Part shown: one piece after another, positions 30,156 to 39,386 of the stretch | Layout of the letters: every line of letters starts with the position of its first letter | Position numbering within the stretch: the stretch's first letter is position 1 | From: a bacterium | GTDB taxonomy: Bacteria; SAR324; NAC60-12 | Direction of reading: 5' to 3' | NCBI GenBank assembly: GCA_965233585.1 | Contig: CBDDTI010000746.1 | Span: 320,001-384,000, forward strand | DNA: 64,000 nucleotides | Notes under the pieces: model-generated | What the model was told of the DNA's origin: nothing | Database searches by the model: none | The model's input: only the letters and a program-made list of their open reading frames with translations | Position numbers and translations under genes: made by a program

Positions 30156-30163
30156 CAATCTAA

Positions 30164-30339
30164 CTCCTGAAATTAAAAAAGCTCCTATTCTATCTCTTTT
30201 GAAAAAAAACGCAAGTTGTGGGTTTAGGTTAGCAATGGATGCAGGTTGTCATTGCAGGCTTTTCCTCAAAGTTTTCTACCATTTCAACCTCCTGAAATTC
30301 AAAAAGCTCCTATTCTGTCTCTTTTGAAAAAAAGTCAAG
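30164..30339 (-). repeat. Direct duplication (~50 bp) of promoter plus RBS
   Basis: CTCCTGAAATT.AAAAAGCTCCTATTCT.TCTCTTTTGAAAAAAA starting at 30164 and 30289; minus strand reads TTGCGT-16nt-TAGAAT and AGGAG. Confidence 0.85.
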
Positions 30340-30384
30340 AGTTTAAGCAAAGGTTTGTTTCATAGGTGTTTTTTGGGTAGGAAT

Positions 30385-31605
30385 TTAAAGGTTTTGGATT
30401 TGTTGTTTGGAAAGTCCAGTAGCAAGGCAAATGGTTTCAATGTCAATGCCTTGAGCAAGCATGTTTCGGGCAATGTCAAGTTTCTCTGCTTGCCTTCCTT
30501 TTTCCATTCCTTTTTCCATTCCTTTTTCCATTCCTTTTTCCATTCCTTTTTCCATTCCTTTTTCCATTCCTTTTTCCATTCCTTTTTCCATTCCTTTTTC
30601 CATTCCTTTTTCCATTCCTTTTTCCATTCCTTTTTCCATTCCTTTTTCCATTCCTTTTTCCATTCCTTTTTCCATTCCTTTTTCCATTCCTTTTTCCATT
30701 CCTTTTTCCATTCCTTTTTCCATTCCTTTTTCCATTCCTTTTTCCATTCCTTTTTCCATTCCTTTTTCCATTCCTTTTTCCATTCCTTTTTCCATTCCTT
30801 GCTGAAGACCTTCTTCTTTGCCTTCTTGCCTTCCCTTTTCCATTCCTTTTTCCATTCCTTGTTGGAGACCTCTTGCCATTCCTTTTTGAAACCCTTGTTT
30901 AAGTTGAAGTTGTTCAGCACCTTTGATGATGGCAACAAACTCTTGTCTTTTATAGACGACCTCTAATTCTTCAGGAGATAGCCCTGCTTGATTGACCAGA
31001 TGCAAGGCTTCTTGAATGGTTGGGTCAAAAGTTTGGGGAATCTCTTGTAACCCTTCTGCATGCTTGATGCAATAAATCCACTCTTCTTGCAACTCTTTGA
31101 GTTCATCTAAAGGCTTTTGAAACTTTGGGAGTTCCACAAAAATCAATTCAATGTCATCAGAATACTGACTTAAATTCTTCTTCTCTAACAACTTGAAAAC
31201 ATTGATGATTTGGTCGTTGTCTTCAAACATGATGAAATCAAGGATATTGAGTGCAATGACAGGATTGAGCAGATGATACTCGTTGCCTTTCACCAGTTGC
31301 ATAGAGTAGTTTTTACAAGCATTGTAGAGGATTCTCTTCTCAAAGCCTTCATGGTTGACGACCTGCATCTCAATCAGAACTTGCTGACCTGTGTCAAGTT
31401 TCGCTTTGACATCAACAAAGGTGATTTTCATACCCTCTAACAAAGGTGGATTATAAGGGTCTTGAATCGTCAGGTCTTGAATGGTCTGCTGATGAGGGAA
31501 CTCAATCAGCGAATTGAGAAAGCTGATGAGTAGGTCTTTGTTCTTCTCATCTCCAAACAGCATCTTAAAGGCGTAATCTGTTTTAAGGTCTAAAAATTTC
31601 ATCAT
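30385..31605 (-). CDS. Rpn family PD-(D/E)XK nuclease / putative transposase
   Basis: DYAFKMLFG, VDVKAKL, LIEMQ, FVELPKF, C-terminal IARNML..G......TGLS. Confidence 0.92.
   Translation of the reverse strand: MMKFLDLKTDYAFKMLFGDEKNKDLLISFLNSLIEFPHQQTIQDLTIQDPYNPPLLEGMKITFVDVKAKLDTGQQVLIEMQVVNHEGFEKRILYNACKNYSMQLVKGNEYHLLNPVIALNILDFIMFEDNDQIINVFKLLEKKNLSQYSDDIELIFVELPKFQKPLDELKELQEEWIYCIKHAEGLQEIPQTFDPTIQEALHLVNQAGLSPEELEVVYKRQEFVAIIKGAEQLQLKQGFQKGMARGLQQGMEKGMEKGRQEGKEEGLQQGMEKGMEKGMEKGMEKGMEKGMEKGMEKGMEKGMEKGMEKGMEKGMEKGMEKGMEKGMEKGMEKGMEKGMEKGMEKGMEKGMEKGMEKGMEKGMEKGMEKGRQAEKLDIARNMLAQGIDIETICLATGLSKQQIQNL
30499..30798 (-). repeat. 25 perfect copies of a 12-bp coding tandem repeat (GGAATGGAAAAA = GMEK)
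   Basis: TTTTTCCATTCC x25 on the + strand, plus two more units at 30835-30858. Confidence 0.97.
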
Positions 31606-31959
31606 GTTTCTATCTCATCTCATCTACAAAAGTAGATATTTGAAAAGGTTATCAAAATTTCCATTATTGAGTAGGGAGTAGAATCTGTCAAGATTTTGGG
31701 AGCGAGAGGAAACCTCTCAAAAGAAGAAAGGAAATCAAGCAGAACCCTTTCGTCATTGAGGTCTACCGCAATCTCACTTGACTGATGGCTTGTCATTGGC
31801 GTGTACTTAGTTTCATTCTACCAAAAACTATTTTTGTCTCAGAAAGATTCAATAGTGTTCTACTGACTGAACCTTTGGCTTTTCAAACAATGATATTGAA
31901 AGAATGTGATGAAAGTCTTAACATCATTGGTCAAACTGAATCCTCAAAAAAAATCATCT

Positions 31960-32592
31960 ATGAATCCATTTGACGCTATTGCTTTTGACTTTGACGGGGT
32001 CATTTTAGACACAGAGGTCATTAAAACAGAAGGTTTCCAAGTCATCTACCCTGAATTGGGGGCTGAAGAAAAGGCTTTTATTGCCGACTATCACAGAGAA
32101 CATCTGGGAGTTTCTAGGTTCACCAAATTTGCTTTTTTTGAACAGCATTTTTTTCAGAGAGAACTCACACTCCAAAGACGTGAGGAATTGAGCCAACGTT
32201 TTACAGATTACACCTTCCAAAAGGTGGTAGAAGCAGACTTTATCCCAGGAGTGATGGAATTTTTAGAGAGGCAGACGTCTCATATCAAATTCACAGCTTC
32301 TGGGTCATGGCAAAAGGAGTTGGTAGAAATTTTAGACCAGCGCCAAATCAGTCAGTATTTTCAAGAAATTGGAGGTTCACCCAGAACGAAAGTGGAGATC
32401 ATCAATGAGACCATTGCCAAATATCAACTGAAGCCAGAACGCGTGGTCATGCTTGGTGATGCGATGGCAGACTACGATGCGGCTCACCAAACAGGAATCG
32501 CTTTTATTGGCATTTGCTACCAAAAAGACTCTCCTTTTGTTGAAGGCACAAAGGTTCTTGAAGATTTGCGTGAGTTGCATCAATTTGTCTAG
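31960..32592 (+). CDS. HAD family hydrolase
   Basis: FDFDGVILDT and MLGDAMAD. Confidence 0.9.
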   Translation: MNPFDAIAFDFDGVILDTEVIKTEGFQVIYPELGAEEKAFIADYHREHLGVSRFTKFAFFEQHFFQRELTLQRREELSQRFTDYTFQKVVEADFIPGVMEFLERQTSHIKFTASGSWQKELVEILDQRQISQYFQEIGGSPRTKVEIINETIAKYQLKPERVVMLGDAMADYDAAHQTGIAFIGICYQKDSPFVEGTKVLEDLRELHQFV

Positions 32593-32651
32593 TGAATCAT
32601 CAACAATCTCATCAAACGCATCTCTATTTTTAAAAGTAGAATCTATCATCT

Positions 32652-33656
32652 ATGGAATTAATGGAATCATTTGAATTACTTGCCAAAGTCTATCGTGGGG
32701 GGCATGTTGAAAGCTGTCATTTGGGAGTGATTTATGCTGTGGATTCCAAAGGGCATGTGCTTTACCAAAAAGGCAGTGCTGAAAAGTGTTTCTTTCCCCG
32801 TTCTTCTTGCAAAATGTTTCAAGCGACTGCACTGGTTGCTTCTGGTGCAATGGAACATTATCAACTCCCTGAACATTACCTTGCCTTAGCCTGTGCCTCG
32901 CACCTTGGGGAAGACTTGCACCAGCAAACGGTTGATGAATGGCTACAACATTTGAAACTCAAACAAGAACAGTTGCTTTGTGGGGCAGACTATCCTCAAC
33001 GCAAAAGCGACCTCATTCGTGTTGTTCAAACAGGCATTTCCAAACGAAGTGTTTATCATAATTGTTCAGGCAAACATGTTGGAATGCTGACCGCCTGCTT
33101 GATGAATCAGTGGGATTTGGAAAGTTATGCAGACCTTGAACATCCTGTCCAAAAAGAATGGCAAACATGGTTTTCAGAGTTTTTGGGATATGATGCCAGC
33201 CAAATAGATTATGCGATTGATGGCTGCACCTTGCCAACGCCTTATTTGAAGATTCAAGATTTTGCTTTAGCACTGGCACGTTTTGCAAAGCCTGAGGCTT
33301 TAAGTCCCAAAGCACAACGCATCGCCAAGCAAATCTCTCAGGCGATTGGTAACTTTCCAACCTACGTTGCAGGAACAAAAACTTTGGTAGAAGCCCTCCC
33401 GCAGGCAACTGATGGACGCATTCTTTGTAAAAATGGAGCAGAAGCCGTTTATGCCGCATGGGAGCAAGAGTTAGGAATCGGGCTTGTCATTAAAATTGCG
33501 GACGGGTCAACAAGGGCGTTAGATTGCATTCTTGTCAATGCTTTGGACACGCTTGGTTTGCTGAAAGATGAAGAACTTCAAAAATTAGAAGATTTTTTGC
33601 ACTATTCCATCACGAATAGTCAAAACAAAAAAGTTGGACATCTGGAAGTGGTGTGA
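32652..33656 (+). CDS. Rhizobium-type (class 3) L-asparaginase
   Basis: RSSCK, ACASH.GE, HNCSGKH, DGC, KNGAEAV. Confidence 0.9.
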   Translation: MELMESFELLAKVYRGGHVESCHLGVIYAVDSKGHVLYQKGSAEKCFFPRSSCKMFQATALVASGAMEHYQLPEHYLALACASHLGEDLHQQTVDEWLQHLKLKQEQLLCGADYPQRKSDLIRVVQTGISKRSVYHNCSGKHVGMLTACLMNQWDLESYADLEHPVQKEWQTWFSEFLGYDASQIDYAIDGCTLPTPYLKIQDFALALARFAKPEALSPKAQRIAKQISQAIGNFPTYVAGTKTLVEALPQATDGRILCKNGAEAVYAAWEQELGIGLVIKIADGSTRALDCILVNALDTLGLLKDEELQKLEDFLHYSITNSQNKKVGHLEVV

Positions 33657-33734
33657 TACTCTGAAGTGGACTAAAAATTTTATTCTTTTCGCAAAACTTT
33701 TTCAAAAAACAATATTTTTTAACAAACAATCAAA

Positions 33735-35189
33735 ATGAGGAAAACAATGAATAGACTTTTGAAACTTAAAAAACATTTTTTTGCTGTAAGCCTGTTGATT
33801 TTTATTGTCAGTTGTAATGGTAAATCAGGGGACAGTTCAGACAGCGAAAAGGACGATTCAGCAGAGCCAAATTCTCCCCAAACCCCAAAAAAAGTTTTAG
33901 ATGTGAGTCAACCTGCAGACCGTGCGTTGTTGGGAAAATCCTTTCAAATCAATTTTAAAATCTCTTCAGCCAAAACACTCGCAGGAATGTCTGCTGCTGA
34001 CATTGTCACTTTTGCTCACCCCCTTCAAAAAAATAATCCAACCTTTGCACAACAGCATGGAATCCCTACCCAAAACTTTAAAACGAGGAACACATTAGAC
34101 GTTCAATTTTCTGTCACGTCTCGGGCAGAATCAGGTCAGTTTTATACCTTGAAAAATTATGATATTTTTTATGAAGATTTTAAAAATACTTCTACTCCAC
34201 TGAATTTAGCTAGTGCCAAGATAGAAAATAAAATTGAGAATGTCAAACTTTGGAAAAGGCAGTCTGGTGTGACGTTCAGTTCAGCATTTTTCAGTCAAAA
34301 TACAGGCAAAATGATGGACAGAGCCAATGGCAGACCTTTGATTTTTTACGTGAAAATTGACAATCAATTAAGCAATGGCATGCAAATTCTCAATTTGCCT
34401 AGAACCAACCCGTACCTTACTGTGAACACAGGTGATTGCTCAAGAATTGAAAACTCTGACCAAGTGGAGTTAGAAGGTTTTTTACAACGAACCTGTGTGG
34501 AAGCACACGGCTATAAAATCCCCATTTTAATTGAAGACAAAGACAAGGAACGTTCGGCTGACAAAATTCCTCACATCAGAAAGATTTTTAAATTCTATCT
34601 TGATTTTTTCCCAAAAGAAATCACAGAAACAATCGCAGAAAATCAAGCAACACTTGCTCTTTTCTATGATGACGACTGGACAGATAGGCAAGAAGAAGAC
34701 CATAATAATTCTGCAGAGAAACATCTGGTTTTCCAAGATTTGTCTGCAGCAGAATCCATGCCTCATCTACCGAAAGGGGAAAGAGATGCCAGCTTTGAAG
34801 AAATTCTGCACCTTGTTCACGATTATGGCATCATGGCAAATGCTGTTAAAAACCCCTCTTCAAAATGGGCAGGATTCCAAAAAGAGCTTGAAGCATTGAT
34901 GACTCAAGCAATTCAAAATGGTGCGTTTTATCCAAATCAAAAAGACCCAGCTGGAGACGCTGAACTTGATGCAGAATCTTATGACCAAGAATACCTTGCT
35001 TATTCTTTACAAGCCTATTATGACTTTAATTACAAAGGCTATGTTGCACCTGAATTAAATTCAGGAAACTATGATGAGCTAAAAAACAATGATCCTGATA
35101 TGGTAAAGTTTATGGAAAAATATTTTCCAAAACGTCAAGATGCCAAACGACTTTTCCCCGGCTATCCTTTGGATGGCAAAGATGACTAA
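33735..35189 (+). CDS. Lipoprotein with possible zincin-like domain
   Basis: Lipobox IVSC; EEILHLVH...QEYLA resembles a variant HExxH...E motif. Confidence 0.6.
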   Translation: MRKTMNRLLKLKKHFFAVSLLIFIVSCNGKSGDSSDSEKDDSAEPNSPQTPKKVLDVSQPADRALLGKSFQINFKISSAKTLAGMSAADIVTFAHPLQKNNPTFAQQHGIPTQNFKTRNTLDVQFSVTSRAESGQFYTLKNYDIFYEDFKNTSTPLNLASAKIENKIENVKLWKRQSGVTFSSAFFSQNTGKMMDRANGRPLIFYVKIDNQLSNGMQILNLPRTNPYLTVNTGDCSRIENSDQVELEGFLQRTCVEAHGYKIPILIEDKDKERSADKIPHIRKIFKFYLDFFPKEITETIAENQATLALFYDDDWTDRQEEDHNNSAEKHLVFQDLSAAESMPHLPKGERDASFEEILHLVHDYGIMANAVKNPSSKWAGFQKELEALMTQAIQNGAFYPNQKDPAGDAELDAESYDQEYLAYSLQAYYDFNYKGYVAPELNSGNYDELKNNDPDMVKFMEKYFPKRQDAKRLFPGYPLDGKDD

Positions 35190-35221
35190 CTCCTTTTGTT
35201 CCTCTTGTCTCTCTCTCTTCA

Positions 35222-36172
35222 ATGTATCTCATCACAGGTTCTGCAGGTTTTATCGGATTTCATACCAGCTTGAAATTGCTTGAGCAAGGTCAAGCTGTTG
35301 TTGGAGTTGACAATTTAAATGATTATTATGATGTCAACTTAAAAAAGGCACGTCTCCAAATTCTTCAAGATTTTGACAACTTTGTGTTTTATCAGACAAG
35401 TCTTGAAGATTTGGAAGGTTTGCAAACTGTGTTTCAAAAACACACCATTCAATCTGTCTGCAACCTTGCCGCACAAGCAGGGGTTCGGTATTCTCTCAAA
35501 AATCCCTTTGCCTACCAAAAAAGCAATCTGGAAGGTTTTTTGAACATCATTGAGCTTTCTAAAAGAAGCCAAGTTCAAAACTTTGTCTATGCCTCCTCTT
35601 CTTCTGTTTATGGGAACAATCCAAAACTGCCTTTTGCTGTTAGCGACCGTGTGGATAATCCTATCTCTCTTTATGCCGCAACCAAAAAAGCCAATGAATT
35701 GATTGCCCATAGTTACAGTCATTTGTTTGGTTTGCCAACGACTGGCTTGCGTTTTTTCACAGTCTATGGAACTTGGGGAAGACCAGATATGGCATTGTTT
35801 CTTTTCACTGAAGCTATTTTGGCAGGGCGTCCAATCCAAGTGTTTAACTATGGCAAGATGAAGCGGGATTTTACATACATTGATGACATTGTGCAGGGCG
35901 TGTTGATGTGCCTAGACAATCCCCAAAGCTATGAACTTTTGAACATTGGCAATCACCGTGCTGAAAATTTGATGGATTTTATTGCGGTGATTGAATCTTG
36001 TTTGGGCAAGAAGGCAGAAATAGAGTTACTTCCCCTTCAAGCAGGAGACGTCCCAGAGACTTTTGCAGACATTAGCCGCATTCAAGAACTTTATCATTTT
36101 GACCCCAAAACCAGCATTCAAGAAGGCATTCCAAAATTCATCAAGTGGTACCTTGAGTTTTATCAGCCTTGA
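35222..36172 (+). CDS. NAD-dependent UDP-glucuronate 4-epimerase
   Basis: TGSAGFIG, LAAQAGVRYS, YAATK, GRPDMA. Confidence 0.92.
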   Translation: MYLITGSAGFIGFHTSLKLLEQGQAVVGVDNLNDYYDVNLKKARLQILQDFDNFVFYQTSLEDLEGLQTVFQKHTIQSVCNLAAQAGVRYSLKNPFAYQKSNLEGFLNIIELSKRSQVQNFVYASSSSVYGNNPKLPFAVSDRVDNPISLYAATKKANELIAHSYSHLFGLPTTGLRFFTVYGTWGRPDMALFLFTEAILAGRPIQVFNYGKMKRDFTYIDDIVQGVLMCLDNPQSYELLNIGNHRAENLMDFIAVIESCLGKKAEIELLPLQAGDVPETFADISRIQELYHFDPKTSIQEGIPKFIKWYLEFYQP

Positions 36173-36285
36173 GCAAAACAACTCTTTGAGTAAAAAAATT
36201 TTAGCAAAAAATTGGAAAGACTTGAGGCGACCCAGAAGACTTACTTTAGGAAAGAACGAACTGGGCAGACTTTTTTTGAAGAAAC

Positions 36286-36369
36286 TACCGAAGGCGGGAT
36301 TTGAACCCGCACGAGCTTTCGCTCACTGCCCCCTCAAGACAGCGTGTCTACCAACTCCACCACTTCGGC
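36286..36369 (-). tRNA. tRNA-Leu (anticodon GAG), CCA not encoded
   Basis: Reverse complement GCCGAAGTGGTGGAGTTGGTAGACACGCTGTCTTGAGGGGGCAG...GGTTCAAATCCCGCCTTCGGTA; long variable arm. Confidence 0.95.
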
Positions 36370-36469
36370 AAAAACGGAAGATTCTAACATTTGAAGTTTT
36401 AACTTGCAAGGACGTTTTGGTCTAGTAAACTAGTCTGTTTTTTCTCTTCCACGATGCCCCTTTGATCCA

Positions 36470-37933
36470 ATGACATCTTTATCTATTGACAATCTTCAGC
36501 AATCTGTTCAATCAGGACAACTTCAAGTCTGCCAGCTTGTAGAATCCCTTTTTTCTCACATTGAGGCACTAGATGACCAACTGCAAGCCTATCGCTTTTT
36601 AATCTCCAAAGAAAATGCCATCAAACAGGCATCAAGAATTGACCAAAAAGTCAAACAAGGACAACCTGTTGGCAAGTTTGCAGGTTCATTGATTGCTGTC
36701 AAAAACAACATTTGCATCAACGATTCAGACCTCCCCACAGAATGCTGCTCTAAAATGCTACAAGGGTTTGTGTCCCCATACACTGCCACTGCTATTAAGT
36801 TGCTTCAAGCAGAAGATGCAATCGTCATAGGAACAACCAACATGGACGAGTTTGCAATGGGTGGTTCAACAGAGTATTCAGCCTTCCAAAAAACACGCAA
36901 TCCTTGGGATTTGGAACGTGTCCCCGGAGGCAGTAGCGGCGGGTCTGCTGTGGCTGTTGCGGCACAAATGGCAACGTTCGCCTTAGGGTCAGACACAGGG
37001 GGGTCTATCAGACAACCTGCCTCTTTTTGTGGAGTCACAGGATTCAAACCGAGTTATGGCGCCATCTCTCGCTATGGACTTGTGGCACACGGTTCCTCTC
37101 TTGACCAAATTGGTGTCTTTGCCAAGACAGCTCAAGATGTCACTTCAGTCTTTTCTACACTTCGTCAGCATGATGCCCACGACAACACTTCTGCCGTTAA
37201 AGAGTATCCCAAATCGTTCTCTACTGAACTAGAGACTTTGAAGTGTTGCATCATCAAAGAATTTGTAGAACATGAGGCATTTGAGCCTGCTACAAGAAAG
37301 AGTTTTGAGCAGTTTACAGATTTTTTAAGCAAGCAAGGAGTGCAAATAGAAATGGCAAGTTTAGCAACCACGCCATATCTGTTGCCTGTTTATTACATTT
37401 TGTCTTTTGCAGAAAGTAGCTCTAATTTAAGTCGTTTTGACGGCATTCGTTATGGATTGCGTGCAGCAGACCAAGGCAATCTTGAATCTCTCTACCGTGC
37501 CTCAAGAAGTCAAGGTTTTGGTGATGAAGTGAAAAGACGCATCATGCTGGGGTCTTTTGTGTTAAGTGCAGGATACTACGACCAGTACTACGGCAAAGCC
37601 TCTTATGCTAGAAATCAGATTGTCAAAGAAGTTGGTGCTTTATTGAACCACTATGATTTGATTCTTGCCCCAGTCTCTCCTTTCCAAGCCTTCCGTTTTG
37701 GTGAAAAGACAAGCGACCCGTTGTCTATGTATCTGGCAGACGTTTATTCTACTTTGCCCAACCTTGTCTATGCACCTGCCATCTCTATTCCTTCTGAACT
37801 GGCTGACGGCTTACCTGTGGGTGTTCAGTTGATGGCTAAGCCAATGCAAGACTTCCGATTGCTTGCCATTGCAGAAAAACTCCAACAGCAGTCTGACTTT
37901 CATCTCAAACAACCTTCTCTGCTTCACAAATAG
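36470..37933 (+). CDS. gatA: Glu/Asp-tRNA amidotransferase subunit A
   Basis: NMDEFAMG, GGSSGGS, GSDTGGSIRQPA, SNLSRFDGIRYG, EVKRRIMLG. Confidence 0.95.
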   Translation: MTSLSIDNLQQSVQSGQLQVCQLVESLFSHIEALDDQLQAYRFLISKENAIKQASRIDQKVKQGQPVGKFAGSLIAVKNNICINDSDLPTECCSKMLQGFVSPYTATAIKLLQAEDAIVIGTTNMDEFAMGGSTEYSAFQKTRNPWDLERVPGGSSGGSAVAVAAQMATFALGSDTGGSIRQPASFCGVTGFKPSYGAISRYGLVAHGSSLDQIGVFAKTAQDVTSVFSTLRQHDAHDNTSAVKEYPKSFSTELETLKCCIIKEFVEHEAFEPATRKSFEQFTDFLSKQGVQIEMASLATTPYLLPVYYILSFAESSSNLSRFDGIRYGLRAADQGNLESLYRASRSQGFGDEVKRRIMLGSFVLSAGYYDQYYGKASYARNQIVKEVGALLNHYDLILAPVSPFQAFRFGEKTSDPLSMYLADVYSTLPNLVYAPAISIPSELADGLPVGVQLMAKPMQDFRLLAIAEKLQQQSDFHLKQPSLLHK

Positions 37934-37936
37934 TCT

Positions 37937-38383
37937 ATGACTCTTCCTACTCTCAAAGTTAAAAAATTACACCCAAAGGCAGTGATTCCCTCCCGCGGGC
38001 ATTCATCAGATGCAGGTTGCGACCTGACTGTCATTGACTTTAAAATCCGTGAAAATGGAGTCTTCTTGTTCCAAACAGGGCTTGCTGTCTCTATTTCAGA
38101 AGGTTTTTACACAGAGATTGTGCCCCGTTCCAGCATCATTAAAACAGACTTTGCCCTTGCCAATAGCATTGGCATCATTGACCCTGACTATCGGGGAGAA
38201 CTGATGATTCCTTTTCGTTTTCTTGGCAAGACAGAAGACGCAGAAGCCAGAGCCAAAGAATTAGTGGGAACTCGCGTAGCTCAACTGCTTGTCAGACGCC
38301 TAGAACTTTGCAAGATTGAGGAATGCGAAGAATTAGATGAGACCGCCCGTGGCACAGGAGGCTTTGGAAGCACAGGGTCTTGA
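37937..38383 (+). CDS. dut: dUTP pyrophosphatase
   Basis: AGCDL, PRSS, GIIDPDYRGE, RGTGGFGSTG. Confidence 0.95.
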   Translation: MTLPTLKVKKLHPKAVIPSRGHSSDAGCDLTVIDFKIRENGVFLFQTGLAVSISEGFYTEIVPRSSIIKTDFALANSIGIIDPDYRGELMIPFRFLGKTEDAEARAKELVGTRVAQLLVRRLELCKIEECEELDETARGTGGFGSTGS

Positions 38384-38384
38384 T

Positions 38385-39320
38385 TCACTTCACTTCTTTT
38401 CTTTTGATTTCGCTTAATTTTTTTGACTTCTCTTTAAGTGTTTGCAAAAATTTTGACGATGAGAAGTTGCCAACCATTGGCAAAGTCTGAAACTCTCCCC
38501 CCCATGATTCTAAGAGTTGTTGCTCTTCCAAAACTCTTTCCTTTTCATAAGAACCCCCTTTGATATGTAAATGAGGCTTGAGCAGAGAAAGCATGTTCAA
38601 AGGCGTGTCTCCAAAAAAAGGCAACACATAGTCCACTGCTTTTAAGCAAGCAAGCGTTTTTAGACGTGATTGCAGTGAAAAAATAGGACGAGTTGTCCCT
38701 TTTCTTTCACGGACAGATTCATCGCTATTGACCAACACCATCAACACATCTCCTTGCTCTTTCGCTTGTTGAAGGTAGCGAACATGCCCAAGATGCAACC
38801 AATCAAAACTGCCATTGGTCGTGACAAGTGTTTTTGAATCAAATTGCTGGCAAAGCCTCAAGGCTTCTTGTTCATTCAAAATGTTCTCAAGGGGTGCTTG
38901 GGTCTTCAACATTTGCAACGGACTTTGATTGGAAACCTTTTTTAAAAGCAGATGATGACTCATTGCCTCTGAAATGGGGAAGGGGTGCAATGGATTTTGC
39001 AACAAATGCTCTAATTTTAGGAGTTTCAAGATGGCAGGTGTTTCTGGGGTTTGAATGACCTCCCAATGCTTTGAAGGCTCAAGATGCCTTGCCTCTGACA
39101 CAGCACCAACACATTGCAAAGACTGCAATAGCTCGCACCTTTCTTGGAGAGGCAAAATGGGTTCAATGCCTAATGCCTGCTTGGCTTCTTCTTCACTTAG
39201 AACAACAGCCATCACGGGTTGTTGCGGTGTCAGTTGAGTCTTCAGACGCAAAAACATTTCAACGGTGTTGGCATGAATCCCATCAAACACACCAAAAAAG
39301 ACAGAAAAAGTTTGGTTCAT
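38385..39320 (-). CDS. RfaE domain II-like (heptose-1-phosphate adenylyltransferase) with a degenerate N-terminal nucleotidyltransferase domain
   Basis: TNGSFDWLHLGHVRYL, NSDESVR..KG..RP; N-terminal FGVFDGIH. Confidence 0.8.
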   Translation of the reverse strand: MNQTFSVFFGVFDGIHANTVEMFLRLKTQLTPQQPVMAVVLSEEEAKQALGIEPILPLQERCELLQSLQCVGAVSEARHLEPSKHWEVIQTPETPAILKLLKLEHLLQNPLHPFPISEAMSHHLLLKKVSNQSPLQMLKTQAPLENILNEQEALRLCQQFDSKTLVTTNGSFDWLHLGHVRYLQQAKEQGDVLMVLVNSDESVRERKGTTRPIFSLQSRLKTLACLKAVDYVLPFFGDTPLNMLSLLKPHLHIKGGSYEKERVLEEQQLLESWGGEFQTLPMVGNFSSSKFLQTLKEKSKKLSEIKRKEVK

Positions 39321-39386
39321 TTTTTGCTTTTGTCTTGATTTCTTGTTTTGATGCTGGCTTTAAACCAGCATTTGAGTTTTGAAACA

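Noticed and set aside
30355..30966. FFHS, KEWK and IPFS repeat ORFs
   Set aside because: Alternative frames of the 12-bp tandem repeat within the Rpn gene.
36286..36369. tRNA-Leu as an island integration site
   Set aside because: No integrase and no duplicated tRNA 3' end found; the flanking genes are ordinary.
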